DNA from: Pseudomonadota bacterium
Lineage (GTDB): Bacteria > Bdellovibrionota_B > Oligoflexia > Oligoflexales > CAIYRB01
DNA length: 64,000 nucleotides
Direction of reading: 5' to 3'
NCBI GenBank assembly: GCA_031416315.1
Contig: JANOTL010000040.1
Location: forward strand, 1-64,000
The notes beneath the pieces are model-generated. The model was not told where the DNA came from. It was given only the letters and a program-made list of their open reading frames with translations, and did no database searches. Positions within the stretch are counted from its first letter, which is position 1, and each line of letters opens with the position of its first letter. Shown here piece after piece: positions 49,733-59,164 of the stretch. The translations under genes were made by a program, and so were the position numbers.

Positions 49733-49930
49733 TCGGAACCGCATGGCCGAAGCCTCGCCCACGCGAGGGAGCTTGGGGCGAAACGCTTCGCATTCAGCGC
49801 GACGCATCTGGAAGAAGTGCTGACGGATCTGGACGCTACGTAACGGGAACCGGCCGCTCCGCGAGCGGACGGACCACCGATTGCATACCGGACGCAAACG
49901 CAGCGCCATCGCGCTATAGGGAGATCTCGC

Positions 49931-50536
49931 ATGAACCTTCGCAACGCTCTCGTCCTCATGTTCGCGCTCGCCGCTCCAGTCGCGGCCGCACAAGACCTCA
50001 CGATCCTCGCGGATCCGCAGACCCGGACGGCGCGGGAAGGCGACACGGTCGACCTGGAGCTCGCGATCAGCCAGCCGGAAAGCGTCAGCTTCCGTGCTTT
50101 CGGGCTTCCGGCAGGGCTCGCGATCGACGCGTTGACTGGCCGCCTGACTGGAGTCGTCGGCCCCCTCGCGGCCGGACAATACACCGTGTCCCTCAGCGCC
50201 GTCACGCCGCAGCGCGACGAGCGCGTCACGTTTCCCTTCGTGGTCGTCGAAGGCACGTTGCCGCAGATCGCCAGCCCGGGCGTGCTTCTGTCCCAATCAG
50301 GTGAGGAGATCTCGCTCCAACTCGTCGGCACAGACGCCGACGGTGAAGCCCTTTCCTACAACGCGTACGGTCTGCCGCGCGGCCTCGTGATCGACCGCGT
50401 CACCGGCATCGTCTCCGGAACCCTGGCGGACCATGAGCTGCGCACGACCTACACCGTCACGCTGACGGCTTGGGACGGGCACGCGACTGGCGGGACGGTG
50501 TTCTCGTGGATCGTGATGCCCGGCGACGGCGACTGA
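49931..50536 (+). CDS. Secreted protein with two putative Ig (He_PIG) domains
   Basis: GLPAGLAIDALTGRLTG and GLPRGLVIDRVTGIVSGT. Confidence 0.85.
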   Translation: MNLRNALVLMFALAAPVAAAQDLTILADPQTRTAREGDTVDLELAISQPESVSFRAFGLPAGLAIDALTGRLTGVVGPLAAGQYTVSLSAVTPQRDERVTFPFVVVEGTLPQIASPGVLLSQSGEEISLQLVGTDADGEALSYNAYGLPRGLVIDRVTGIVSGTLADHELRTTYTVTLTAWDGHATGGTVFSWIVMPGDGD

Positions 50537-50619
50537 GGCAAAAATGGCGAACCTCTCCATGAAGCCATCACGGAGGGGACCGCTTGCTTCCAGACTTTCG
50601 CGTAGAACGAGCGCGTCCG

Positions 50620-51090
50620 CTAACGCTCCGACTCGACGACGAGCGACGCCAACGCTGACCAGCGCTTTCCCGAGCGCTTGAGAAGGCACTGGCGGACTTG
50701 CTCGTCGCGGCCCGTACAGATGCCGCCGTGGCTCTTTTCCCAGGCCGCCTGTTCGGCCTGAATTTTCGCGAACTCCTCTTTCAGGAGGCGGCAGCGGAGC
50801 AAGCCGAGCGCGCCGAAAATCCGCCGATCGGTGTCGACGAGATCCGGGTCCCGGCAGATGATCTGTTGAATTCCGCGCGCTTTCGCGCACGAGAAGCTCG
50901 GTCCGGTCATCGGCAGCACGGGACTTCCCGGACAGGGCGGTGCCTCTGCGGGCTCCTCGGCCGGGAGGCTCGTCGACTTCGACGCCACGACCTTCGCCTT
51001 GGGCGGAGTCGCCGGCGGCGCGTACCGCGTGCAGGCGCCTGCGACGAAAAGCAATACCAGGAGGCTCGAGCTACGACGTTCTGTACTCAT
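50620..51090 (-). CDS. LprI-like (lysozyme inhibitor family) lipoprotein
   Basis: AGAC lipobox; PSFSCAKA..IICRDPDL..EQAAW..C..CL. Confidence 0.7.
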   Translation of the reverse strand: MSTERRSSSLLVLLFVAGACTRYAPPATPPKAKVVASKSTSLPAEEPAEAPPCPGSPVLPMTGPSFSCAKARGIQQIICRDPDLVDTDRRIFGALGLLRCRLLKEEFAKIQAEQAAWEKSHGGICTGRDEQVRQCLLKRSGKRWSALASLVVESER

Positions 51091-51187
51091 GACATTTACT
51101 GTATCAAAAGCTGCCTTCGTCACAGACATGCGCCGGGGATGCTACAATCGAGGCTCCCCCGCGCGCATAGTTTTTTTGGCGAAAGGA

Positions 51188-52981
51188 ATGTGGATGCTGC
51201 TTCGTCAAGGGCCAGGCCTATCTACGGCTCTGTTGATCTCGTTGTCCTTCGGCTCACAGTCCTGCAAGACGCCGAATTCCTCGTCCGCCGCGCTCCGCGC
51301 GGCCGATACCCCCGCCGCAAGCTCCGCTTTCGAGGCCGTTCCGCGGTCGCCGACCGACGAGATGCTCCTGGCGACCGAGGATGACTGTGCACCGATGCGC
51401 CGGGCCATCGCGACCCGGAAGAGCGAGAGCAACCTCGTAAACGTCGAGGAAGGCGAGCTGGACGGGCACGCGCACACGTTCATCTCCGTCTACCCGAACT
51501 CGCGCGAAGGCTCGAACGGCGTCTACGACTGTAAGGCCGCGATCGTCCTCGACCAATCGCACATGACTTTGCGCGGTGCCAACAACGCCGTCATCAAGAT
51601 GCGCTCGGCGCCACTGTCGCCCGCGCCGCTCCTGGTCCTCGGCACGATCGACCCACCGGTCTACGACGACAAGACGAAGGGCTGGGACAAGATCCGCATC
51701 GTCAAGAACGTCCACGCGGCGAACTTCTTCCTCGACGGCAACCGGGTCGAACAGCTCCACGCCAACGTCCACCTGGTCCTCGCCGAAAAATTCGTCGAAG
51801 ACACGGAGCTCGCGAAGGTCTTCCTGTTCGCCTCGGAGGTCGCCGAGCAACTCTCGCTAAAGCAGGCCTACAAATACCCGGGCATCGACCAGATCGAGGA
51901 GACCCTCGCGCCGCTGCGCCGGGTCGTCGCCGACGCCAAGGCCGGGACCGCCGGACCGCGCCTGACCCAGGCCGAGTACGCGCTCTTCGAGGCTAACGTC
52001 TTCAAGGTGAAGAACATCCTCCGCGCGGCGCGGAACAAAATCTCCGCCCGCGCCACGCCGCGCTTGCCGGTGCTGAAGCTCATCCCCACAACCCGCCTCG
52101 GGAAGTACATCGACCTCGGCGACGCGACGAAAGCCAGCGACGCGAAGCTCATGGCCTACTTGAAGGACGCCGTCGAGCGCTTGGACAAGTACGTCAACTT
52201 CTACCGTAACACCGTCAACGTCTACGAATGCTGGCTCCTCGACCGCAAGCCCGAGCTCGGCAAAGTGATTTGCGACAACAACGCCCACCCGACCTCGCAC
52301 ATCCGCAACAACGGCGTCACCATCCGCGGCGTCCACGACGGCTCGGTCAAGAACGTGACGGCAATCAACACGCTCTCCGGCGGCATGGTCACCGAGAAGA
52401 ACTGTGAGCGCCTCTTCGTCGACCAATTCGAGTCGACGGAGAACTACTACGACGGCTTCGCCGGCTACAAGACCAAGGACTCGACGTTCTGCCGGATGAA
52501 CCTGCACGCGAACAACAACGCGGCGATCTCAATCGACCAGCACTTCAGCCACAACACCTTCGAGAAGTCGCGCTTCTTCCAGAACGGCGACGTCGGCATC
52601 TTCGCCCGCGAGTCGGAGGACAACCTCTTCAAGAACGTGACCATCATCGGCAACCGCAACCACGGCGTCTTCCTTTCCGAGGTCGACGCGAACGGCCCGG
52701 TGAGCGGCGCGCACCACTACAAGTTCGTGGACAGCTGCATCGCTTACTCGGAAGGCTTCGGCATTCGGCTGAACGACGCCGGCAGCTCGCCCGCCGAGCT
52801 GCGCAACGTGATCATGCACGAAAACCTCATGGAAGGGCTGTCGCTCGCCGACGGCGCCAAGTTCGAGCCGAACGACGTGAAGACCAGCTTCGACACGTCC
52901 CTCTGCAAAGCCGAAGAGCGCGCCTTCCATGACGACTACAAAACGAGCTGCGCGAAGCGCTCGGCCTCGCACGGAGAATGA
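51188..52981 (+). CDS. Right-handed parallel beta-helix lipoprotein with a large helical insertion
   Basis: SCKTP lipoprotein start; DGNR..Q, IRNNGVTIRG, NYYDGFAGY, NGDVGIF, NRNHGVFL repeats. Confidence 0.78.
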   Translation: MWMLLRQGPGLSTALLISLSFGSQSCKTPNSSSAALRAADTPAASSAFEAVPRSPTDEMLLATEDDCAPMRRAIATRKSESNLVNVEEGELDGHAHTFISVYPNSREGSNGVYDCKAAIVLDQSHMTLRGANNAVIKMRSAPLSPAPLLVLGTIDPPVYDDKTKGWDKIRIVKNVHAANFFLDGNRVEQLHANVHLVLAEKFVEDTELAKVFLFASEVAEQLSLKQAYKYPGIDQIEETLAPLRRVVADAKAGTAGPRLTQAEYALFEANVFKVKNILRAARNKISARATPRLPVLKLIPTTRLGKYIDLGDATKASDAKLMAYLKDAVERLDKYVNFYRNTVNVYECWLLDRKPELGKVICDNNAHPTSHIRNNGVTIRGVHDGSVKNVTAINTLSGGMVTEKNCERLFVDQFESTENYYDGFAGYKTKDSTFCRMNLHANNNAAISIDQHFSHNTFEKSRFFQNGDVGIFARESEDNLFKNVTIIGNRNHGVFLSEVDANGPVSGAHHYKFVDSCIAYSEGFGIRLNDAGSSPAELRNVIMHENLMEGLSLADGAKFEPNDVKTSFDTSLCKAEERAFHDDYKTSCAKRSASHGE

Positions 52982-54948
52982 TCTTGAACTACCGCACCAT
53001 CCGGGCGCTCGCCGCCGTGTCCCTGCTCGTCGCTGCCACCAACTGCAAGACGCCCGCGAACAATTCCCAAGTCAAATACGACAAGGACGAGTTCGAGACC
53101 GCGAAATCCGTCGTCCAGCCCCCCTTCGGCAGCCGTGTCGCCATGGATATGGAGAAGCTGAAGGCTGCCGCCTTCGAGACCTGCAGAAAACCGTATGCCG
53201 TCTACGAGCCGAAGCCCGTCGTGATCCTCGACCCTCCGGCCTGCTTCGGCTGGACCGAGGAGCAGAAGAAGACGGTCCGCGAGGAGCGCGGTCTCGACCC
53301 GGGCTACCAATTCAACTGCGACCAGGAGGACGGGCTCGTCTTTTGGGAAGGCAACTTCGTCAAAGCGCGCGGCGACCTCCTGCCGCCGCAAAAGGGCGAC
53401 GACCAGCTGAACTTCCAGGCGCTCCCGCGCGCCAGCGGCGAGAAGTTCCCCGTGCCGATTTACGTAGACCGCACGGGCAAAGGCACCTACGACTACTTCC
53501 CCTGGACTCCCGGCCAGATCGAAACGACCGAGGTCGACGGCCAAGGCCGCTCGATCGTACCGCCGTTCACTCCGCAGCAGATCCAGCCCGAGGGGCGCTA
53601 CTGGGTCGGCATCACGAGCAACCAGGGCTTCATCAAGGGCTCGAAGTACGACTTCCGCTCCGCCCAGTTCCCCGACTTCCAGGCGACCGGCGACGCCAAC
53701 TTCCCGCGCGTCTTTGTCATGGGCTCGAACCTCTACAGCCGCTTCATCCACGCCGAGCCGACCTCCAACATGATGGGCAGCAAGGGCGGCGAGCAGCGCC
53801 AGCTTGACCCGGTCGACATGGGCAAGTCGCTCCGCTACTTCGCCCACAACTCCACCGGCATCAAGGACGACCTCAGCGGCGAGGCGAGCCCGGCCAGCCC
53901 GCGGACTTTCAGCGGCGCCCAGCTCGCCGGCCCGAAGCAGGATTTCCCGCACTTCAAGTCGCTCTTCGTCGCCCGGGACCTGTCGCCGGAGATGCAGGGT
54001 CACTTCCTCGGCGTCGTCGACAGCGAGTTCTTCTGCGGCGCGGTCGACATCAAGCTCCGTCCGCACAAGGACGTCGGCGGCAAGCGCCGCACGACGGTCG
54101 ACGTCGACGGCTACTGGTACGCCCGCGACGACTACAGCTGGAAGACGCTTCCCAACACGGGCTTCGTCGCCATCAGCAGCATGTATTTCAAGCAGTCGGA
54201 CCATGATTCGGACACCCTCGTCGTCAGCTTCGACGACGGCAAAGACGAGGACGTCAGCCTCTCCCTGCCGGAAGACGGCGCCCTGCGCGTCCACGACGTC
54301 CCGAAGATCGACGCCCCGGCGCGCAAGATCTCCGGCTGGGCGCTCGAGAACCGCAAACGCGACGAGCTGCGCGTCGACGGCACGATCAACTATAAATCCC
54401 GCCAAAGCATGATGATCGACATCGACGAGGCAGCCTCCGACATCAAGACCGGCGTTCGCCTCTACGAGCTGTTCACGAACAGCGAGTACGTCGACAACAT
54501 CGTCGCCATGTCGCAGATCCGCCAGGACGTGCCGAAGTCGGTCTCGGCGGACAAGCCGATGCGCTTCAAGTACGCCGTCACCTCGTATTACCCGGGCGAA
54601 GGCGCGCCGAAGCCGGGGTTGTCGAGCGGCGGCGCGACGAAGCTCAAAGGCGAGGCGAAGCCCGAAGCGAAAACCGAGGCGAGCGCGAAGGACGAGACCG
54701 CAGCGAAGCCCGAGGCCGCCGCGGCCGAGCCCGCCTGCGAAGCGAAGTGGCGCGCGGCCTGCCCGTCCTGGACGGCCAAGCCAGTTTGCTGCGGCGAGGG
54801 CCAGGTCCCGACCGGCATCTGCGACAAGAGCTTCGCCATGCAGAACTGCGTGCAAGCGAAGTCCTGCGCCGGCGCCAAGCCGGGGCAGCTCTTCGCGCAG
54901 GGCAAGAAGAAGGTCCCCTTCCCGAACTGCCCGAGTGGCGCGGGCTGA
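52978..54948 (+). CDS. Divergent OpgG/OpgD (MdoG, GH186)-like lipoprotein with Cys-rich C-terminal domain
   Basis: Collinear motifs FPHF, VDS..CGA, TTVDV, ISSMYF, HDSDTL, ENR, VRLYEL.T.SEYVDNIVA. Confidence 0.7.
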   Translation: MILNYRTIRALAAVSLLVAATNCKTPANNSQVKYDKDEFETAKSVVQPPFGSRVAMDMEKLKAAAFETCRKPYAVYEPKPVVILDPPACFGWTEEQKKTVREERGLDPGYQFNCDQEDGLVFWEGNFVKARGDLLPPQKGDDQLNFQALPRASGEKFPVPIYVDRTGKGTYDYFPWTPGQIETTEVDGQGRSIVPPFTPQQIQPEGRYWVGITSNQGFIKGSKYDFRSAQFPDFQATGDANFPRVFVMGSNLYSRFIHAEPTSNMMGSKGGEQRQLDPVDMGKSLRYFAHNSTGIKDDLSGEASPASPRTFSGAQLAGPKQDFPHFKSLFVARDLSPEMQGHFLGVVDSEFFCGAVDIKLRPHKDVGGKRRTTVDVDGYWYARDDYSWKTLPNTGFVAISSMYFKQSDHDSDTLVVSFDDGKDEDVSLSLPEDGALRVHDVPKIDAPARKISGWALENRKRDELRVDGTINYKSRQSMMIDIDEAASDIKTGVRLYELFTNSEYVDNIVAMSQIRQDVPKSVSADKPMRFKYAVTSYYPGEGAPKPGLSSGGATKLKGEAKPEAKTEASAKDETAAKPEAAAAEPACEAKWRAACPSWTAKPVCCGEGQVPTGICDKSFAMQNCVQAKSCAGAKPGQLFAQGKKKVPFPNCPSGAG

Positions 54949-54969
54949 GGCCAAACGCTCCAAAAGAAC

Positions 54970-54996
54970 GCCCCGTGCTCCGGCACGGGGCTTTTT
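54970..54996 (+). terminator. Rho-independent terminator
   Basis: GCCCCGTGC-TCCG-GCACGGGGC-TTTTT, 22 bp after the stop. Confidence 0.88.
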
Positions 54997-55054
54997 CATG
55001 TCAGGACGCCGCCTTCCTCTGTTAAAACGGCCATGCCCTCCCAAGGAGTCCCGC

Positions 55055-57313
55055 ATGCCCGTCCAGTCACGAGTCTCCCGTCTTCGGGTTGTCAGCCTGT
55101 TGCTCATCGCGATGCTGGCGGCCTTCGCCGCCCCGGCGGCGACCGCCCGCGTGCACGTCGACGCCGACCGCCTGTTCGTCGACGGCGATGCCACGCCCTT
55201 CCTCTTCGGCGCCGAGACGCAGTATTTTCGCGTCCGCGGCGGCCCCGGCCGCAACGTCCCCCGCGCCGAGGTCGAAAGGCTCTGGGACAAGCTCCTCGAC
55301 CGCGTCGCCGAGGCCGGCATGAACACCGTGACGTTCTACGTGCCCTGGGACTTTCACGAGCCGGTCGAAGGCGTCTTTGATTTCGACGGCACCCTCGACC
55401 AGGACGGCGACGGCAACGCCGACTACCCTTCGCGCGACCTGCGCGGGTTCCTCCGCAAGGTCGAGGCGCGCGGACTGCGCAATGTGATGTTCCGCCCTGG
55501 CCCCTACATCAACGCGGAATGGGGACCGACCGGCTTCGGCGGTATCCCCCTCTGGTTCATCGAGACCTATCCCGAGGCGATGGCCGTGAGCCGCGCCTCG
55601 GATCGCGCGCGCGTCGCCACGTACGGCCACCCCGTCTACCAGGCGAAGGTGCGCCGCTGGTTCGAAGAGCTGTACACGCGCGTGCTTCGCGACTTCGTCG
55701 GACCCGGGAAGGCGATCGCCTTGCTGCAGCTGGACAACGAGACGAACTTCTTTTGGGACTCCGTCTACCAACGCGACCTGAGCCCCGTCGCCATCGGTCG
55801 CTATCACGACTTCCTCCGGCAGACCTACGGCGGCGATCTCGGCCGCCTGCGCCAAGCGTACGGGACGAGTCTCGGCGATTTCACCGACGCCCGGCCGCCC
55901 GCGAGCGCGGAGGACCGCGCGTACGGCGGCTGGTGGGTCTGGCACTACGACTGGTTCACGTTCCACGACGAAGAGATCCGCGAGTACTACCGTTGGCTGC
56001 GCGCGATCTGGGACGATCTCGGCCTTCGTGAGCCGACCGTGCTCTTTACGAGCTGCGACTCGTGGAACGCGCCTTATCAGGGGCTTCTACCGCGCCTGGA
56101 TTACCGGCAAGGCGGTCGATTGACCCTGAGCACTTTGAACATCTACCCGAAGACCTACGGCACCCAGGAGCAGTCGACCCTCAACGCGCCCATGAAGGCG
56201 GCGCACGATGCGCGCCTCTTCTCGGCCTCGCACCGGCAGTTCTACGGCACGGCAGGCAACTGGCTCATGTCGACCGAGACGGTCGGCGGCTGGTTTCCGC
56301 CTACGGAGGTGAGCCTCGCCTCGCGCCAGCACAGCTACGCTTCGCTCATCGGTAACGGCGTCAAGGCGATGATCATCTACTACTTCCACGAGGGCTTTAA
56401 CTGGGACGGGCGTGAGCGTCAGGACAGCGAGCTCGCGTTCGACGCTCCCCTCGACAAGGACCTTAACGCTCGTCCGGCCTTTGGCCTCTTGAAGGCTTTC
56501 GGCGAAGCACTCGCCGGCGGACTCGGCGACCTCGTCGTCCGCGGCGCGCCGCCTCCGAGCTCCGTCCTCATCGCGCGCGATACAACGGCGCTTTATCAGA
56601 TCCCGGGGGAGCCCGATGCCGCCGCAGTCGCATCGTTCGACTCGGGTGCGCTCTTCGGCGTGCTGCGCGCGGCCGGAGCCGTACCGGACGTCGCCTTCGT
56701 GGACCGAATGTCCGATCACGAGCTAGCGCGTTACCGCCTCGTCGTTTGGCAGCACCCAGGTTATCAATCCGCAGAGGCCGCGATGCGTCTGCGCACCTAC
56801 GCCGAGCGCGGCGGCACGATCGTCGTCATCGGCGACCAGAGTAACGAGCTGGGTCTACCCTGGTCCGACCGCGTCCTGCGACTCGACGGGAACCCGGCGA
56901 TCGGCTGGAATTCGGACGACTACGTGCGCTTGCCGCGTGCGAACGACGCCCTCAACTGGGCGAATGCCGTTCTCGATCAAGCGGGAATCGCGCGCGACGT
57001 CATCGTGCGCGCCGGCGGAGCGGAGACGCACGTCCATGGTTGGTTGTGGCAGGGCCAAGCAGGCGCGATGCGCGCGTCCTCGACGCTACTCTATCTCGAG
57101 AATTTCCTGCGCGAAGGCGGGACGGCACGCGTCGCCATCGCCCGACGCCATTTACCAGGCGCTGCGCGCGTGCGCTTGACGCGCGTTGCTGGCGCCTCGA
57201 CGACTTCGGTGCCGATGAGTATCGAGATCGGCAGGGAGGAGCTGGCGACGACGGGGGTGGAGTTGCCGGTCGGCGCGGATGGGGTCGACATCTGGGTCGT
57301 CGCAACGCCGTAG
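55055..57313 (+). CDS. Secreted GH35-family beta-galactosidase-like glycosidase
   Basis: YFR, GMNTV.FYVPWDFHEP.EG.FDF, RPGPYINAEW, QLDNE, TETVGGWF. Confidence 0.88.
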   Translation: MPVQSRVSRLRVVSLLLIAMLAAFAAPAATARVHVDADRLFVDGDATPFLFGAETQYFRVRGGPGRNVPRAEVERLWDKLLDRVAEAGMNTVTFYVPWDFHEPVEGVFDFDGTLDQDGDGNADYPSRDLRGFLRKVEARGLRNVMFRPGPYINAEWGPTGFGGIPLWFIETYPEAMAVSRASDRARVATYGHPVYQAKVRRWFEELYTRVLRDFVGPGKAIALLQLDNETNFFWDSVYQRDLSPVAIGRYHDFLRQTYGGDLGRLRQAYGTSLGDFTDARPPASAEDRAYGGWWVWHYDWFTFHDEEIREYYRWLRAIWDDLGLREPTVLFTSCDSWNAPYQGLLPRLDYRQGGRLTLSTLNIYPKTYGTQEQSTLNAPMKAAHDARLFSASHRQFYGTAGNWLMSTETVGGWFPPTEVSLASRQHSYASLIGNGVKAMIIYYFHEGFNWDGRERQDSELAFDAPLDKDLNARPAFGLLKAFGEALAGGLGDLVVRGAPPPSSVLIARDTTALYQIPGEPDAAAVASFDSGALFGVLRAAGAVPDVAFVDRMSDHELARYRLVVWQHPGYQSAEAAMRLRTYAERGGTIVVIGDQSNELGLPWSDRVLRLDGNPAIGWNSDDYVRLPRANDALNWANAVLDQAGIARDVIVRAGGAETHVHGWLWQGQAGAMRASSTLLYLENFLREGGTARVAIARRHLPGAARVRLTRVAGASTTSVPMSIEIGREELATTGVELPVGADGVDIWVVATP

Positions 57314-57366
57314 CCGACCGCAGTTACGAGCTGGACGCAAACGTGGCCGTAGACCTAGGCGTGGTG

Positions 57367-57393
57367 CCTGGGCGTGATCGTGATCCCTCGCGT
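57367..57393. repeat. Left arm of a 27-bp inverted repeat
   Basis: CCTGGGCGTGATCGTGATCCCTCGCGT; its reverse complement matches 59082-59108 at 25/27. Confidence 0.85.
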
Positions 57394-57640
57394 CGATCTG
57401 GACGTCGACGGTCGACGTGGACCTGGCACTTCCCCGCCGGAAACGGAAGGTCAGTTACGCACACTCAGCGATTAGCTGCCGCTCGTAGCACTCTGGACTG
57501 AAGTGTGGCCACGCGTTGCACGAGATCGGCGCCGAAGTCACGGAGCATCGCGAATATGTGCCAGCTAAAATCGTCGTCTAGCGTCACGAGCGCATGAAAT
57601 ACGGCTGCCGTCGCACCGCTGTTAGGCTCTAACCGCGGAA

Positions 57641-58900
57641 TCAGGCAACACGCCGCCCCTGCGCACGGACGAGGTCTTCCAAAGCCGCCACGGCCACTTG
57701 CAGCCCGTCTTCGGTCGCCATGACGGACGCGACCTGCCGAGCGTTCCTCGCCATTTTCGGGTTCGCCTCAACGGCCTCCAGTCGCTCCTTCAGACGTGAC
57801 ACTGTCACTTCTGCTAGGCGTAGCGGCTTTGGGGCTACGCCGAGGCGTTGCAAACATTGCGCCCAATAGTATTGGTCGGCTCCGTGCGCGACGACGATCG
57901 ACGGCACGCCGGCCCGTGTCGCGGCCGCGGAGGTTCCAGCGCCACCGTGATGAATTACGCAACGAGCGTTGCGAAAGAGTTGGTCATGCGGGACGTAGTC
58001 TATGAAAAGGACGTCGTCACGCGCATCCTTCTGCTGAAGCCCGGCCCAGCCGCTCTGGATGACGGCTCGAAGGCCGACACCGCGGATCGCGGCGATTAGG
58101 CTCGTCGTCATCTCCTCCGCATTGTTGCTCCCCATTGAGCCGAAGGTCACGACGACTGGCGCCGGACCTTTGGCAAGAAATGCGTCGAGTGCAGGGTTTG
58201 AGGCGGAGGGTTCCTTGAGGTCCCAGCTACCTGAAACGATCGTCTTCGGCGCAAAGGTCTTCGGCACTACCGCCACCGCCGGAGAGGCGGCGATTATGTT
58301 TAGGTGTGGAGATGTCATCCAAGTCCAGTGCCCCTTTCGAGGAATGCCTAAGCCGGCGCAGAACTTGGCGACGCGTTTGAACAGGAATCGGTCTTGCACC
58401 CAGGTCGAGACCTTCCAAAGCGCCTTGTTTACGGCCGGTCCGAAGTCGACGAGCCGCTCGTAGTGTGGCGCCCAGTCTTCATTGGGGACGACAAACGGGC
58501 AGTAGCCGACGGTCACCCAGGGAACCCCGTTCTTGATCGCGGCGAGCTGCCCCGGGAAATCCATGTGATGACAGACGATCACGTCAGCGCCGCGCGTTGC
58601 TTCGATGCAGTCGCGAAACCGCTGCTCACCATCGTTGAGAAACATGTCGATCAAAAATTTGAGCTGTGTGCGCATGTTGTTTTTGCGCCGCAGGGCCGCG
58701 TCGTTCTCTCCGTTGAGAGCGCTCCTCGTAACATCGGGCGCGACGGCCCGAAACTGGACTCCGGCAGCGAGACATTTCGGTCCGTGCAGCTTGTAAGAGC
58801 AAATGGTCGTGTCGTGACCGCGCGCAGCAAGCGCTTTGCTGAGAGCGATGAACGGTTGAACGTCACCGGCCGTGCCAATGGCTGTGAATACGACTTTCAT
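57641..58900 (-). CDS. GT1-family glycosyltransferase (sterol/macrolide glucosyltransferase-like)
   Basis: GTAGDVQPF, VTFGSM, VPHDQLF, HHGGAGT, ADQYYW; GGAGGT RBS. Confidence 0.92.
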   Translation of the reverse strand: MKVVFTAIGTAGDVQPFIALSKALAARGHDTTICSYKLHGPKCLAAGVQFRAVAPDVTRSALNGENDAALRRKNNMRTQLKFLIDMFLNDGEQRFRDCIEATRGADVIVCHHMDFPGQLAAIKNGVPWVTVGYCPFVVPNEDWAPHYERLVDFGPAVNKALWKVSTWVQDRFLFKRVAKFCAGLGIPRKGHWTWMTSPHLNIIAASPAVAVVPKTFAPKTIVSGSWDLKEPSASNPALDAFLAKGPAPVVVTFGSMGSNNAEEMTTSLIAAIRGVGLRAVIQSGWAGLQQKDARDDVLFIDYVPHDQLFRNARCVIHHGGAGTSAAATRAGVPSIVVAHGADQYYWAQCLQRLGVAPKPLRLAEVTVSRLKERLEAVEANPKMARNARQVASVMATEDGLQVAVAALEDLVRAQGRRVA

Positions 58901-59081
58901 TCTTCACCTCCGAGATCGCCCTATCTTTCGGAGTCCCGGCGAGAAGTCTCCATCTCGCTGCGAAATTAAGACAATATTTCAACAGTTTAACTAGAATTTC
59001 GAAGGCGCCCCATGCCGCTGCGCTTGCGACGAGCTCGACTGAATTCCATGATCTCCGTGGCGGATGCATGAAGAACCTCGC

Positions 59082-59108
59082 ACGTGAGGGATCACGATCA
59101 CGCACAGG
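59082..59108. repeat. Right arm of the 27-bp inverted repeat
   Basis: ACGTGAGGGATCACGATCACGCACAGG. Confidence 0.85.
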
Positions 59109-59164
59109 GGATAGGCACACGTCAACGTTGACTTCGTCGCTTACGTGGCCCTACGTGTTGCGCG

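Noticed and set aside
52936..55326. 796-aa minus-strand ORF and similar long antisense ORFs (e.g. 35460-37418, 21589-23610, 19017-20486)
   Set aside because: Shadow frames of real high-GC genes; Arg/Ala/Gly-rich and without motifs
57466..57635. 55-codon minus-strand frame after the GT gene (LEPNSGA...AANR*)
   Set aside because: No clear start, RBS or recognisable family; may be debris within the cassette
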